Below, piece after piece: positions 12,697 through 25,559 of a DNA stretch of 64,000 nucleotides. How positions within the stretch are numbered: position 1 is the first letter of the stretch; every line of letters starts with the position of its first letter. The translations under genes were made by a program, and so were the position numbers. The stretch lies in contig NC_092379.1 of the NCBI RefSeq assembly GCF_030028105.1, forward strand, positions 30,277,715 to 30,341,714. The letters run 5' to 3'. The stretch is from Mobula birostris (taxonomy: Eukaryota). The notes beneath the pieces were generated by a model. It was not told the DNA's origin. It saw only the letters and a program-made list of their open reading frames with translations, and did no database searches.

Positions 12697-15370
12697 CAAC
12701 ACACATAAAAGTTGTTGGTGAACGCAGCAGGCCAGGGTGCATCTCTAGGAAAAGGTGCAGTCGACGTTTCGGGACGAGACCTTTCGTCAGGTCTAACTGA
12801 AAGAAGAGCTAGTAAGAGATCTGAAAGTGGGAGGGGGAGGGAAAGATCCGAAATGATAGGAGAAGACAGGAGGGCGAGGGATGTAGCCAAGAGCTAGACA
12901 GTTGATTTGCAAAACGGATACGAGAAGACCATGGGACAGGAGGCCTAGGGAGAAAGAAAAGGGGGAGGGGGGAAAAGCCCAGAGAATGGGCAAGGGTTAT
13001 AGTGAACGGGACAGAGGGAGAAAAAGGAGAGAGAGAGAAAAATAATGTGTGTATATAATAAACAACGGATGAGGTACCAGGGGGGAGGTGGGATATTACC
13101 GGAAGTTTGAGAAGTCAATGTTCATGGCATCAGGTGAGAGACTAACCAGACTGAATATAAGGTGTTGTTCCTCCAACCTGTGTGTGGCTTCATCTTTACC
13201 GTAGAGGATGCCGTAGATAGACATATCAGAATGGGAATGGGATGTGCAATTAAGATGTTTGGCCAGTGGGAGATCCTGCTTTCTCTGGCGGACAGAGCGT
13301 AGGTGTTCAGCGAAACGATCTCCCAGTCTGCCTCGGCTCTTGCCAATATATAGAAGGCCACATCGGGAGCACAGGACGCAGTATATCACCCAAGCCGACT
13401 CACAGGTGAAGTGTCGCCTCATCTGGAAGTACGGTCTGGGGCCCTGAATGGTAGTGAGAGAGGCAGTGTAAGGGCATGGGTAGCGCTTGTTCCGCTTACA
13501 AGGATAAGTGCCAGGAGGGAGGTCGGTGAGGAAGGATGGGGGGACGAATGGACAAGGGAGTCGCGTAGGGAGCGATCCCTGCGGAAAGCAGAGAGTGGGA
13601 TGGCTGGGGCGGGGGGGGGGGGGGCGGGGTGAGGGAAAGATGTGTTTAGTGGTGGGATCGCGTTGGAAGTGGCGGAAGTTACGGAGAATTATATGTTAGA
13701 CCCAGAGCCTGGCGGGGTGGTAGATGAGGACGAGGGGAAACCTGTTCCTAGTGGGGAGACGGAGGATGGAGTGAGAGCAGATGTGCGTGAAATGGGGGAG
13801 ATGCTTTTGAGAGCAGAGTTGATGGTGGAGGAAGGGAAGCCCCTTTCTTTAAAAAAGGAGGACATCTCCTTCGTCCTGAATGAAAAACCTCACCATGAGC
13901 GCAGATGCGGCGGAGTCGGAGAAATTGCGAGAAGGGCATGGCATTTTTTGCAAGAGACAGGGTGAGAAGAGGAATAGTCCAGATACCTGTGAGAGTCAGT
14001 AGGCTTATAGTGGACACCAGTAGATAAGCTGTCTCCAGAGATGGAGACACAAAGATCTAGAAAGGGGAGGGAGGTGTCGGAAATGGACCAGGTAAACTTG
14101 AGGGCAGGGTGAAAGTTGGAGGCAAAGTTAATGAAGTCAACGAGCTTAGCATGCGTGCAGGAAGCAGCGCCAATGCAGTCGTCGATGTAGCGAAGGAAAA
14201 GTGGGGGACAGATACCAGAATAGGTTTGGAATATAGACTGTTCCACAAAGCCAACAAAAAGGCAGGCACAGCTAGGACCCATACGGAAGCCCATGGCTAC
14301 ACCTTTAGTTTGGAGGAAGTGGGAGGAGCCAAAGGAGAAATTATTAAGAGTAAGGACTAATTCCGCTAGACGGAGCAGAGTGGTGTTAGAGGGGAACTGG
14401 TTAGGTCTGGAATAGAAAAAGAAGCGGAGAGCTTTGAGACCTTCCTGATAGAGGATGGAAGTATATAGGGAATGAACATCCATGTTGAAAATAAAGCCGT
14501 TGGGGCCAAGGAACTTAACATCATCGAAAAGCTTCAGAGTTTGAGAAGTGTCACAACCATAGGTAGGAAGGGATTTAACAAGGGGGGATAAAACAGTGTC
14601 GAGGTATGCAGAAATGAGTTCGGTGGGGCAGGAGCAAGCTGAGATAATAGTTCTACCACGGCAGACAGGTTTGGGGATCTTGGGTCGGAGGTAGAAACGG
14701 GAAGTGCGGGATGTGGGAACTATAAGGTTGGTGGTAGTGGATGGGAGATCCCCTGAGCGGGTAAAGTCAGTGAAGCTGTGGGAGACAATGGCCTGGTGCT
14801 CCTTAGTGGGGTCACGATCGAGGGGTAAATAAGAGGAGGGTACCGCGAGTTGTCGCTGTGCCTCGGCAAGGTGGATGTCAGTACGCCAGACGACAACAGC
14901 GCCCCCCTTATCGGCGGGTTTTATAGTAAAGTTAGGATTAGTGCAGAGGGAGTGCAGAGCAGAGCGTTCAGAAGGAGTGATGTTGGAATGGGAACAAGGT
15001 GCGGTGAAGTCGAGATGGTTGATATCCCGTCGGCAGTTAGCAATAAAGAGACCCAGAGCAGGCAGAAGCCCAGAGCGGGGTGTTTAGAGGGTTGAAGACG
15101 GGAGAAGGGGGTCATCGGTGGGGGTGGGAGAGTCCTTGCCGTAGAAGTGGGCTCGCAGATGGAGCTGGCGGAAGAAGAGTTCAGCGTCATGGTGAACGCG
15201 GAACTCGCTGAGGTGTGGGCGAAAGGGGAGGCCCTCACAGAGGACACAGCGCTCTGCCTCAGACAGTTGAAGGTCAGAGGGGATGGTAAATACCCGGCAC
15301 GGTTGAGAAGTGGGATCAGGGGAGGGGAGGGCGAGGGATGCTGGTCGTGTCAGTGGAGAGGGGAGGGTTG
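12697..15370 (-). mobile_element. Penelope-like retroelement (RT plus GIY-YIG endonuclease), 5'-truncated and frameshifted
   Basis: RT motifs MDVHSLYTSI, QTKGVAMG and LRYIDDC (ORF 13890-14483). GIY-YIG motif VIYC..C..C..LYIGKS...RFAEH (ORF 13096-13422). Terminal segment with a hammerhead core at 12758-12795. Confidence 0.92.
12758..12795 (-). ncRNA. Minimal type I hammerhead ribozyme relic in the Penelope terminus
   Basis: Minus strand reads TTAGAC-CTGACGA-AAGGTCTCGTCCC-GAAAC-GTC-GACTG: CUGANGA and GAAA cores, palindromic ACGU stem III, GUC cleavage triplet. Stems I and II each carry a mismatch. Confidence 0.65.
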
Positions 15371-16054
15371 AACAATTGTCAGTGTACATAAAATTAATAT
15401 TACAGCAGCATCCGATATTATTGTCATTCATATATGTATTTGGGCATTTTATTCCGAATTCTGAAATTTATCCCACATGTCTGAGTCACTGAAGATTTAA
15501 TTTGCCTAAACAGCGTTCGTTTTGCTTTTCTTTTTAAATCTTTTTATTGAATAAGTATACAAAAAGGTAAGCCATATAGGCACTAATACACTGTTAGAAT
15601 ATAATAAAATTACTGGAGATATTAATATAAAAAAAAGATACAAACAATGTAATTTAAACATAACGTACCAAGGTAACATAATAGCATAGTAATATATATA
15701 TATATCAATAGAGAAAAGGAAAAAACAAACAAAAAAAAAACACCGTGCAACTAACTAAAAGCAAAGCAAAGCAATGGGCTAACTTGGAACCAAACAGAGT
15801 TAAAAAACTTAAAATCACGTCCTCAATCCCGACCTCCATTAAAAACAGTGAAAAAAAAACCAAGAAGGGTATATAAATATAGAGCAAAAAAAAGGAGAAA
15901 AAACTTACATTAAATGAAAATATTGAATAGAAGATCTCCAGGTCTGTTCAAATTTAAGTGAGGAATCATAAAGATTGCTTCTAATTTTCTCCAAATTCAA
16001 GCATAATATCGTCTGAGAAAACCAAAAAAAGGTAGTTGGAGCATTAAGCTCTTT

Positions 16055-19000
16055 CTAATGTTGTAAGATACATCTTTTCGCCATTAAAGTAAGAAATGCA
16101 ATCATTCTACGGGCTGAAGGAGAAAGATTACTGGAAATTTTAGGTAGTCCAAAGATAGCAGTAATAGGGTGAGGAAAGATATCTATATTCAATACCTTGG
16201 AGATAATATTAAAAATGTCTCTCCAAAAAGTTTCCAGAGTAGGACAAGACCAAAACATATGAGTTAAAGAGGCTATCTGCCCCCGACATCTATCACAAAA
16301 AGGATTAATATGAGAATCAAAGCGAGCTAATTTATCTTTAGACATATGTGCTCTGTTAACAATTTCAAATTGAATTAGGGAATGTTTAGCACAGATAGTG
16401 GAAGTATTGACTAATTGTAAAATCTGCCCCCAGTCATCAACGGAAATGATAGACCCCAATTCCTGTTCCCAATCTACCCTAATCTTATCAAATGGAGCTT
16501 TCCTAAGTTTCATAATAATATTATAAATCATAGTCGATGCACTTTTCTGACATGGATTAAGGTTTATTATATTATGTAAAATGTATATAGGAGGAAGCAT
16601 TGGAAAAGAAGAAAGTATAGTACTTAGGAAATTTCTAACTTGTAGATATCTAAAAAAATGTATTCTTCATAAATTATATTTATTAGATAATTGTTCAAAA
16701 GACATAAGCGAACCATCTAAAAATAAATCCAAAAACCATGAGATACTCTTAGTCTTCCAAATTTGAAAAGCACGATCCGTAAAAGAGGGAGGAAAAAATA
16801 TGTTACCTAAAATAGGAATCGTTAGCCCAAATTGGTTAAGATCAAAAAATTTTCTGAATTGAAACCAAATACGTAAGGTATATTTAACTATCGGGTTAGA
16901 TACCTGTTTAAGGCGTTTCAAATCAAAAGGAAGAGAGGAACCTAAAATAGAGCCAAGTGTATAACCCTGAACAGATTGTAATTCCAATGCTACCCATTTA
17001 GGAATGGATAGTATATCCTGGTCAAGTAACCAAAATTTCATATGTCGAATATTAATTGCCCAATAATAAAATCTAAAGTTAGGTAATGCTAAACCTCCAT
17101 CTCTCTTAGCTTTCTGTAAATGTATTTTACCCAGTCTCGGGTTTTTATTTTGCCAAATAAATGAAGAAATTTTGGAGTCAACATTCTCAAAAAAAGATTT
17201 TGGAACAAAAATTGGTAATGCCTGAAATATATATAAAAATTTTGGCAAAAAAACCATCTTAACTGCATTAATACGAGCAATCAAAGTTAAATATAAAGGA
17301 AACCATTTAGATGAAAGTTGAATAATATGGTCAATTAAGGGTAAAAAGTTAATCTTAAATAAATCTTTGTATTTACAAGTAATTTTAATCCCAAGATATG
17401 AAAAGTAATTATTAATCAATTTAAATGAAAAGTTATGATATAAGGGAAGTTGTTTATTAATCGGGAAAAGTTCACTCTTACTAAGATTTAATTTATAACC
17501 TGAAAAAAGACTAAATTGTGCTAATAGCTCTAAAACAGCAGGGATGGATTTTTGAGGATTAGAAATATATAAAAGTAAGTCATCAGCATAGAGTGATATT
17601 TTATGGGACTTTAAGCCCGGAGTTATCCCAGTAATATTTGGAGATTCTCGAATGGCAATTGCAAGAGGTTCTAATGCAATATCGAATAATAAAGTACTAA
17701 GAGGACAACCTTGTCGAGTACCTCGAAAAAGAGGGAAAAAAGGTGAGCTTAGAGAGTTAGTACGGACCGAGGCCACAGGAGAATGATATAACAGCTTAAT
17801 CCAGGATATAAATTTCGAGCTAAAATTAAACATTTCAAGCACCTTAAATAAGTAAGGCAATTCTACTCTATCAAAAGCTTTCTCAGCATCTAAAGAGATA
17901 ACACACTCAGGAACATTTTGTGAGGGGGTATAAACAATATTTAGCAGCGTGCGAATATTATAAAAAGAGTAACGACCTTTAATAAAACCCGTTTGGTCTT
18001 CCGAAATAATAAAAGGAAGTACTTTTTCTAATCTGGTTGCTAATAACTTAGAAAAAAACTTTAGAATTAACATTTAATAAAGATATTGGTCTATACGATG
18101 CACATTGAGCAGGATCTTTATCCTTCTTTAATATTAGAGAGATTGACGCTTTATTAAAAGATTCAGGAAGTTTACCAAGTTTTAATGAAGCCTCAAAAAC
18201 CCTACAGAACCAAGGGATTAATGAAGGTGCAAACCATTTATAAAATTCTACGGTAAACCCATCAGGGCCAGGAGCTTTCTCCAAATTCAAAGAGGAAATA
18301 ACATTCTTAATCTCATCCGTGGTAATGGGAGTATCTAGCATAGAAGACATATCCTGTGAAATCTCAGGGAAGTCTAGGTTATCTAAAAAATCATTCATAT
18401 ATTTAGAGTCTCGAGGAGACTCTGATTGATATAAGGAAGAATAAAAATCACAGAAGGTTTGATTAATCCCCGCATGATCAAGTATCAGTCGGTCATTTTG
18501 GTTATAAATCTGATTAATTTGAGATTTATCATAATTAGACTTCAATTGATTAGCCAACAGTTTGCCAATTTTGTCACTGTGTACATAAAATTCACTTCTT
18601 GTTTTCTTTAATTGGTTTACAATCGAGGACGAAAGTAATAAACTGTGTTCCATTTGAAGTTCAGTTCTTTGTTCATATAACTCCTCAGAGGGAGCTGTAG
18701 CATATTTCTTATCAATTTCCTTAATCTTGTCCACAATTACCAACTCCTCCTGCTTCAGCTTCTTCCTCAAAGCAGCAGAATACGAGATAATCTGACCACG
18801 AATATAAGCTTTACAAGTATCCCAAAGAATGTTCACAAAAATATCCTCTGTATAGTTGATTGTAAAAAAAAGATCAATCTGTTCATTCATAAAGTTAACA
18901 AAGTCCGAGTCCTGAAGCAACAGCGATTTAAAACGCCATTGTCTATTATTTTGTGTATTGGCCTGAATTTTAATAGAAAGCTTAAGTGGAGCATGATCCG

Positions 19001-19680
19001 AAATGGTTATAGAGTCATAATCACATTTAATCACTGAAGAAATAAGACGAAAGTCATAAAGAAATAATCAATTCTTGAATAGGAATGGTGAACATGTGAA
19101 AAAAAAGAAAAATCTTCTTCCTGAGGATGCAAAAAATGCCAAATGTCCGTCGACCCAGAATCAGAGAGGAATGAATTAATCAAAGTTGCAGATTTATTAG
19201 GTAAGGTCCGTAGAGGAGCCGAACGGTCCAAAACTGGAGATAAACAGGTATTAAGATCTCCACCCCAGATCAATGAAAACTCATTCAAATTCGGGAACTG
19301 ATTGAATAATGATTTATAAAATTCCGGACAGTCCATATTAGGAGCATAAACATTAACCAAAACTACCTTTTTATTAAATAGTAGACCACTAACCAGTAGA
19401 AATCTACCATTCGGATCAGAAATAATATCATGTTGTATAAAGATAACTGAGGAGTCTATAAAAATAGAGACGCCTCAAATCTTAGCATTGGAGTTCGAAT
19501 GAAATTGTTACCCTTCCAGAATTTAAAAAAACGTAGTCTGTCCCCCTTCCGCACATGGGTTTCTTGTAAAAATAAAATTTGTGCTTTAAGTCTCCGGAAC
19601 ACTTTAAAAACTTTTTTCCTTTTAATAGGATGATTAAGACCATTAGTATTCCAGGAGACAAAATTAATAATAGACTCCAT
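16055..19680 (-). pseudogene. L1 ORF2 (APE endonuclease, RT, CCHC), broken into at least 5 reading-frame segments
   Basis: SWNTNGL..FLQETH, GGDLN, SRIDYF, SDHAPL, GTRQGCPLS, LYADDLLLY and CDRC..LTHMFWSC motifs across ORFs 19456-19806, 19031-19360, 18048-19034, 16667-18073 and 16055-16600. Confidence 0.9.
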
Positions 19681-20392
19681 AAACCCTAAAGTCAACCCGC
19701 AACAAGGAGGATTGACGATAGGCTCGACCCATGAACCCGGAAAGGGAACAGAACAAATAAGAGATACCGGGAAGAAGAACGCAACCAATACTTCAATAGT
19801 GTACATAGCCCAAGAAGAAAGAAACTAAAAAGTGAATCCCCTCCCACCACCACCCCACCCCATGACCCCAAGGCTAAATCTAACACAGACCAGCCAGAAA
19901 GAAGCAAGCACTAAAACTACCCTCATGACTTCCGGTATACGCTCCCTAAAAAAAGTGTAAATATAAAAAAGATCAGCTAGTTATAAAACAGTAAAAGAAT
20001 AAAAAAAGGTAAATCAATTAAAACAAACACTTAATATAACAGAGAAAAAGCCAGAAAATATAAAAAAAACCGCAAAAAAACCCAGACCCTATGAATAAAC
20101 AAAACAAAAAAAAATGAGATTATTAACATAAACTAGTTATGAAAACCTACAAAACAAAGTAGATTTAAAAACTACAAAATTTAAGGCCTCAAATGAAATA
20201 CGTAAAATGACGGTGAGGAAATAACCACCCAGAATCCCCTGGGAAAAAGAAAGGAATGACACAGATAGAAAGAAAGTTTAGCAACCATATTAAATAATCA
20301 AAAATAAACTTTTCTGCCCATATAAGGCAAAAAAAAAATAAGACTGACAAATTCACAACCTCCGATCAAAAGGAGATGGTTAAAAATTACGA

Positions 20393-21259
20393 TTAAGATG
20401 TTGAATGTGAAAATTGATCCAGATAGCTCTGGGCATCCGATGGAGATTCAAAAAAACGGAGGGCTCCATCCAACGTACGAATCCTTAGACGTACAGGGTA
20501 AAGCAGCGCTGGTTTTAAATCCATCTTGTAGAGTTCCGACATCAGAGATCTGTAACGAACCCGTTGATCCCGGATTGGTTTACTGAAATCCTCCACGAAT
20601 CGGAACTTAAGATCCAAAAAATCAATGTAACCTTTGGATCGAACAAAACGAAACAGTTTCTCCTTGTCTTGAAAGTAATGAAAACGTAAGATGACATGTC
20701 GAGGTTTATCTGACCTAAGCGAGTATGATGGAACTCTGTGAACACGATCCAATAACGGTGGTTGGTCAGGAAATACAGTAGGAAATGCATCTTTTAAAAG
20801 TTGAGAAAAATACTTCATAGGGTTATCAGATTCAACAGCTTCACGCACCCCAATCATTCGAAGATTCTGCCGTCGCATTCTGGATTCTAAGTCAGAGTTT
20901 TTAAAGGTCAGAAAGTCAAGTTTCTTCATCATTATTACATTAATTGTTTCTTCGATTTTCTCCATCTTGAGCTCACTTTGTTGCGTGGATTTTTGAAGAT
21001 CAGATATAGCCGACTGATGTTTCGTAATAAATATTTGTATCTTATCGATTGAATCGGCAGTTTTCTGGAAATTAATTGAAATTTCCTCACGAATCAGCTC
21101 CGTAATAGAGGTTGAAATTTCCCTTTGAATTAGCTCTGATTTAGCTTTCAAAGTCAGCGGTGGTTCAGTCAGAGGAAAATCGGTACCCTTCGGTCTAACC
21201 GGAGGTTTGCCGTCCTTTCCGTTTTTCCCATTCTTAGACATAGCAGACCTTAAACGCAT
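20393..21259 (-). CDS. L1 ORF1 protein (coiled coil plus RRM/CTD), 288 aa, apparently open
   Basis: Heptad-rich N-terminal half. LESRMRRQNLRMIGVRE, DRVHRV and R.VILRFH motifs are typical of L1 ORF1p. Confidence 0.85.
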   Translation of the reverse strand: MRLRSAMSKNGKNGKDGKPPVRPKGTDFPLTEPPLTLKAKSELIQREISTSITELIREEISINFQKTADSIDKIQIFITKHQSAISDLQKSTQQSELKMEKIEETINVIMMKKLDFLTFKNSDLESRMRRQNLRMIGVREAVESDNPMKYFSQLLKDAFPTVFPDQPPLLDRVHRVPSYSLRSDKPRHVILRFHYFQDKEKLFRFVRSKGYIDFLDLKFRFVEDFSKPIRDQRVRYRSLMSELYKMDLKPALLYPVRLRIRTLDGALRFFESPSDAQSYLDQFSHSTS

Positions 21260-22557
21260 CCGATTATCAAGGCGCCCAATTTATTTCAAAATATTGTAAA
21301 AATCAATGCCTTAATGGTTAATTAAAATATAGCTGATCATAAGAAAAAAAACTCAGAGGTAATGGAGCGAGTCAAGAACACGACTTCACTCCATGAGCTC
21401 TACCGGAAGTCCCCTACACAGCGTTCGTCTTAGTTAGTGTTCTGTGTTTACTCTGTTGATGGACCATCTCCTTTACCTCATCGAGAACTTGTGTCCAGTC
21501 TGAAGTCAAACGTGCGATACCCTGGCAATTCCGTCAATTTCAAAGTCCCACGAAAATCGATTCGTATCAGTTCGTTCGATTGCAAGGTTTTTCTGCACCA
21601 TCTTCTCCACTGCTTGTTGAGAAAAATTTCGTCCTCCAATAGTCAAATCTAAAGTCACGACCCCAATTACATCATTGTGACATTCCTATTACACTCATTC
21701 CATCTTGTGTTTTAAGTCATGGCTGCTGTTGCTATATAATAATTCGTCTCACCAGAGAAAACAGCAGAACAGGATCACTATACATATGCAGAATAGACAA
21801 CGAACAATTCTCCTAAATACTGAAACCACAATCCATAACTTTCTGACCAGTCTTCTCTTCTGGTCAAGCTCAGTGTTTTCCCCCTCGATTACATTTTGAC
21901 AAATCTCTCACCTTTCCAGTCTCATTCATAACAAGTGCACATTTTCTTTGGGTTGTGCATGGATATCCAAGTATTCGAATAATATTTTATCCTCATTGTG
22001 AAACATTTTCAAAGAGTAAGTTAAGTAATTTCAAAGACAGGGAAAGTGAAATACTGCGCCAAAATCCAACTTCCACTTATCAGCATGACAAGTAACCGGC
22101 ACTCCATTGGCAGTAATAGGCCTTCTGAAATGACACCAGGGAATCTGATCTCCACCCATTCTCTTAGTTGTTCATTTGGTAGACGATTTGGTACTTGATG
22201 TGCATCAAGTTGTAATAAAGTAGTAACAACCATGCTAAGCAACCAACTATTGTAGGTAGCACAACTCTGTCTGTTCCCTTTGATATGAGGTCACGGCTGT
22301 CAGTTATCAAATTTGTTGTAACCTGGAGGGGCTTCAGAAATTGATGTGAATTCAGCATTAGCTGTGATTCGGTCTAACCAATTTTACATGTCTCTCTGAT
22401 CCCGAAAATTCTCTCCCGTAATATCTCACGTTTTCAGCTGAAGACAATGTATCAGATTTTTGGATGTTACGACATCGACGGTATTGCCCGTGGGTACCAC
22501 TGATACGTAACCTGCTCCGGTATTCCTCACTTCCTTTTATTTATCACAGGCTTAAAA

Positions 22558-24908
22558 TGTTGCAAGGACGTGGCTCCGGGGGGAACCCAAGTGCTGGACA
22601 CAGACACAGAGGCAAGACCGACAGGCGTTAGCACTCGCGAGTGTGGAATAGGTAGTCCGTAGAGTCTTGACACGGAGACAAGGTTCACGTAGAGAATCCA
22701 GGACAACGATGCGGAACTTAGAAATGGCAGTGCTAAAGAACCATGAAAAGTGCTTACTCGTACAAGAGTCGACCAACGAACTGGCGGCTCCTTGATGTGA
22801 TTGCAGGATTTTTATACTGCATTTACTGATGGAATGCATGTGTGCGTAATCAGTGGAACTGGGAATGATTGGGAGTTAGACGAGGGGATTGAGGCCCAAT
22901 TACTGAGGTAATAGCAAGATGGGGAATTGCCAGACGGGACCATGAGAGTACCGCACCCCTCCCCACTCAACGAAACCCTTTAGGCGACAGTCCAGGCTTG
23001 TCTGGATGGTCCCGATGAAAGTGCTGGATGAGGAACGGGTCTAGGATGAAGGAGCGGGGACCCAGGAACGCTCTTCTGGACCGTACCCTTCCCAGTCCAC
23101 CAGCTATTGGAAACCCCTGCACTGACGGCGCACATCTCGTAGTCGTATGACGGTGTATGCCGGATGGTTGTCTATAATACGCGCAGGTCGTCGGACGCTA
23201 GTAGTCGTGGGGGAGTCTCTGCTGGGAGACACAAGGAGCTGACGGAAGCTGGCTTTAACTGAGACACATGAAAAGTGGAGGGGGTTGCGCATGGATCTTG
23301 GCAGCTTTAGGCGGACCGCTGTGGGATTGATAACCCTTTCAACCTTGAATGGTTTCAGGAGGCGAGGGGTGAGTTTCCTATATCGTTTTTTTGTGCGGGA
23401 TGTCCTTGGAGGAATGCCACACCATCTGCCCAGCAGTATTCTGTCCAGGGCCCGGGCCTCCAGTTGGGTGGTTAGCGCCTCGCGAGGTATTCCGGCCCGA
23501 GTGGCTATCTCTTCTTCCAGCAGATTGCCCTCAGCATCGGAATCCACCAAAGCGGATAAGGACAGGGACTGTTGTTGGTAATTCACGGTTGCCGGAATCT
23601 TCACCTGAGTCTGGGATGCTCAAGGGAGGGTCGTTTGACTCACCAGAACAGTAGGAGCGGAAGCTCTGCAAGGAACAGTGGGGAGAGAGAGGTTAGTGCT
23701 GATAGAAGATAGTAAGGTGGGACGTGGGCTGACCCGAGGAGCGGGGCGACTGTTTTTTTTCTCTGTCAGATGCTGTCGAAGTCGATTATCTAGCCTGGTG
23801 GTTGTCCGTGTCATCCCTCGCTGCCAGTTAATCTTTTATCTTGTCTGAGAGGCCCTATCGGAACACCTCACGTAGAGCCTCATCATTCCACCCTGAGTCG
23901 GCCGCTAAAGTTCTAAACTCGATGGAGTACTTCGCTGCGCTCCGCCAACCTTGACAAAGAGTCAGCAAGCGCCTTGCGATGTACTTACCGCGAACGGGCT
24001 GTTCGAAGACCTTTCTCATTTCAGAGACGAAGGAGTGGAAGGTGGAACAATCCTCTGGTCGGTTATCCCTGTTCGCGGTGGCCCACGCCAAGGCATTTCC
24101 TCGTAACAGCCCCATGATGTACGCGATCTTTGATCTATTCAAAGTGTACGTATTTGGCTGTAGCTCAAAGACCAAAGATCATGGTAATAGCAAAGCCCGG
24201 CACCTCCCTAGGTCCTCAGCGTATGGTTCCGGTTCGGACACGTATGTCTCTCGAGGAGATTGTGTCGCCGATCCCAGGGGCCTAGCCATCCCTGGCTGTG
24301 AGGTTTGGGCAGTCGGGGTTCTTGGAGGGGACGGAGTAAGGGAAACGGATACCGGTCCACTTGTTCACTGACTTCCTCACCTTCGTGGATGGTGTACGAA
24401 GGTTTTCCGTGACCTCCTTCAGCAGTTTGTCATGGGCGCCCAGTAAGTACCCCTGGCTGACGAGGGTCTGTTGCACGAGGTCCGAGTCAGCTGGCCTACT
24501 TCTTGGCCAGTTCGTTCTGTTGCAAGGACATGGCTGCCGGGGGAACCCAAACTCTGGACATAGGCACGGAGGCAGGATCGAGAGGCGTTAGCACAGTCGC
24601 GAGCGTGGAATAGATATTCAGTGGGGTCTTGACACGGAGACAAGGTTCACGTAGAGAATCCAGGAAAACGATGCAGAACGTGGAACTGACAGTCCTAAAG
24701 AACCATGAAACGAGGTTACACATACAACAGTCGACCTGTGAACTGGCAGCGGCTTGGTGGGATTGCAGGATTATTATCCTGCATTTACTGATGGAAGGCA
24801 GGTGTGTGTAATTAGTGGAACTGGGAATGATTGGAAGTTGGACGAGGGGATTTTGGCCCAGTTGCTGAGGTAATAGCAAGGAGGGGAATTGCAGAAGGGA
24901 CCATGACA
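22558..24908 (-). mobile_element. Internally deleted Gypsy/chromovirus (Sushi/Tf1-like) LTR retrotransposon
   Basis: Two roughly 390-bp direct LTRs (22558-22947 and 24518-24908; TGT...CA/GA termini). PPT GGGGAGGGG next to the 3' LTR. Retrotrans_gag remnant (KIAYIMGLLRGNALAW..YSIEFRTLAA), protease start (ALVDSDAEG), IN C-terminus and chromodomain (FQYLVDWEGYGPEERSWVP). RT and RNase H are absent. Confidence 0.88.
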
Positions 24909-25559
24909 AAAGTCAATCCCGCTTAGCTGTCTGCCAAGTAGGTAAGTAAATAATGTTGCAGGTGAGCACCTTTCAACCACCATTACTTCAGTTAAATTCT
25001 ATTTACCTGAATATGTTGGCATCATTGTACCAAAGTGATAAATTCTCCCGTATCTTCTACCAATAATTCTACCTCGTTTGTATGACGCCGAGACTCACTG
25101 ATTTTAGGCTTTGGTGAAGTTTTATTTAATAGTGCTGTTGAAGTTCTGAAACTTCTTGGAATCTTGAAAACCCTGAACGGGCGTGGGCGCTGACGGAACC
25201 TCTTATCGGTTTCCTATATTGCCCTTTCCACTCTACTCTCCCCGTGTACTATATCCTCCCACAAACAATTCATTGCAGTGGGAGTGCCCTTCGAGGAACT
25301 CTTGATATGACTAGCACAATCGACATAGCCCTTATGTAGCTCGACCCCACTCAATATGCATATGGGTGTAATCCCACAGAACTGCATTTAAAATCATAAC
25401 TGTCATGAACAACAAATGTCAAGTCTCCAAACTTGCAACCATCTTGTACATCAATAGGTACTTGGAGATTATCATAGTTCTCTTTTTTTCGTTCCACCAA
25501 TTTCAACTGCCTGATGTGATACTATTCAATTTTATCCGCGGAAATCAGTATCCTGCATA

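Larger units (their letters stand above)
15521..21412 (-). mobile_element. Full-length L1-clade LINE (about 5.9 kb) with ORF1 and a frameshifted ORF2
   Basis: 16-bp TSD with one mismatch (15505-15520 CCTAAACAGCGTTCGT; 21413-21428 CCTACACAGCGTTCGT). 5' end GGACTTCCGG. AATAAA plus a short A-rich tail at the 3' end. ORF1 and ORF2 domains as listed separately. Confidence 0.93.

Noticed and set aside
13606-13630. Long G-run as a functional G-quadruplex
   Set aside because: It is a homopolymer expansion inside a dead Penelope ORF, and its length may be a sequencing artefact.
22553-22557. TSD of the Gypsy element
   Set aside because: The flanks are AAAA versus AAAG in A-rich context, too weak to call.
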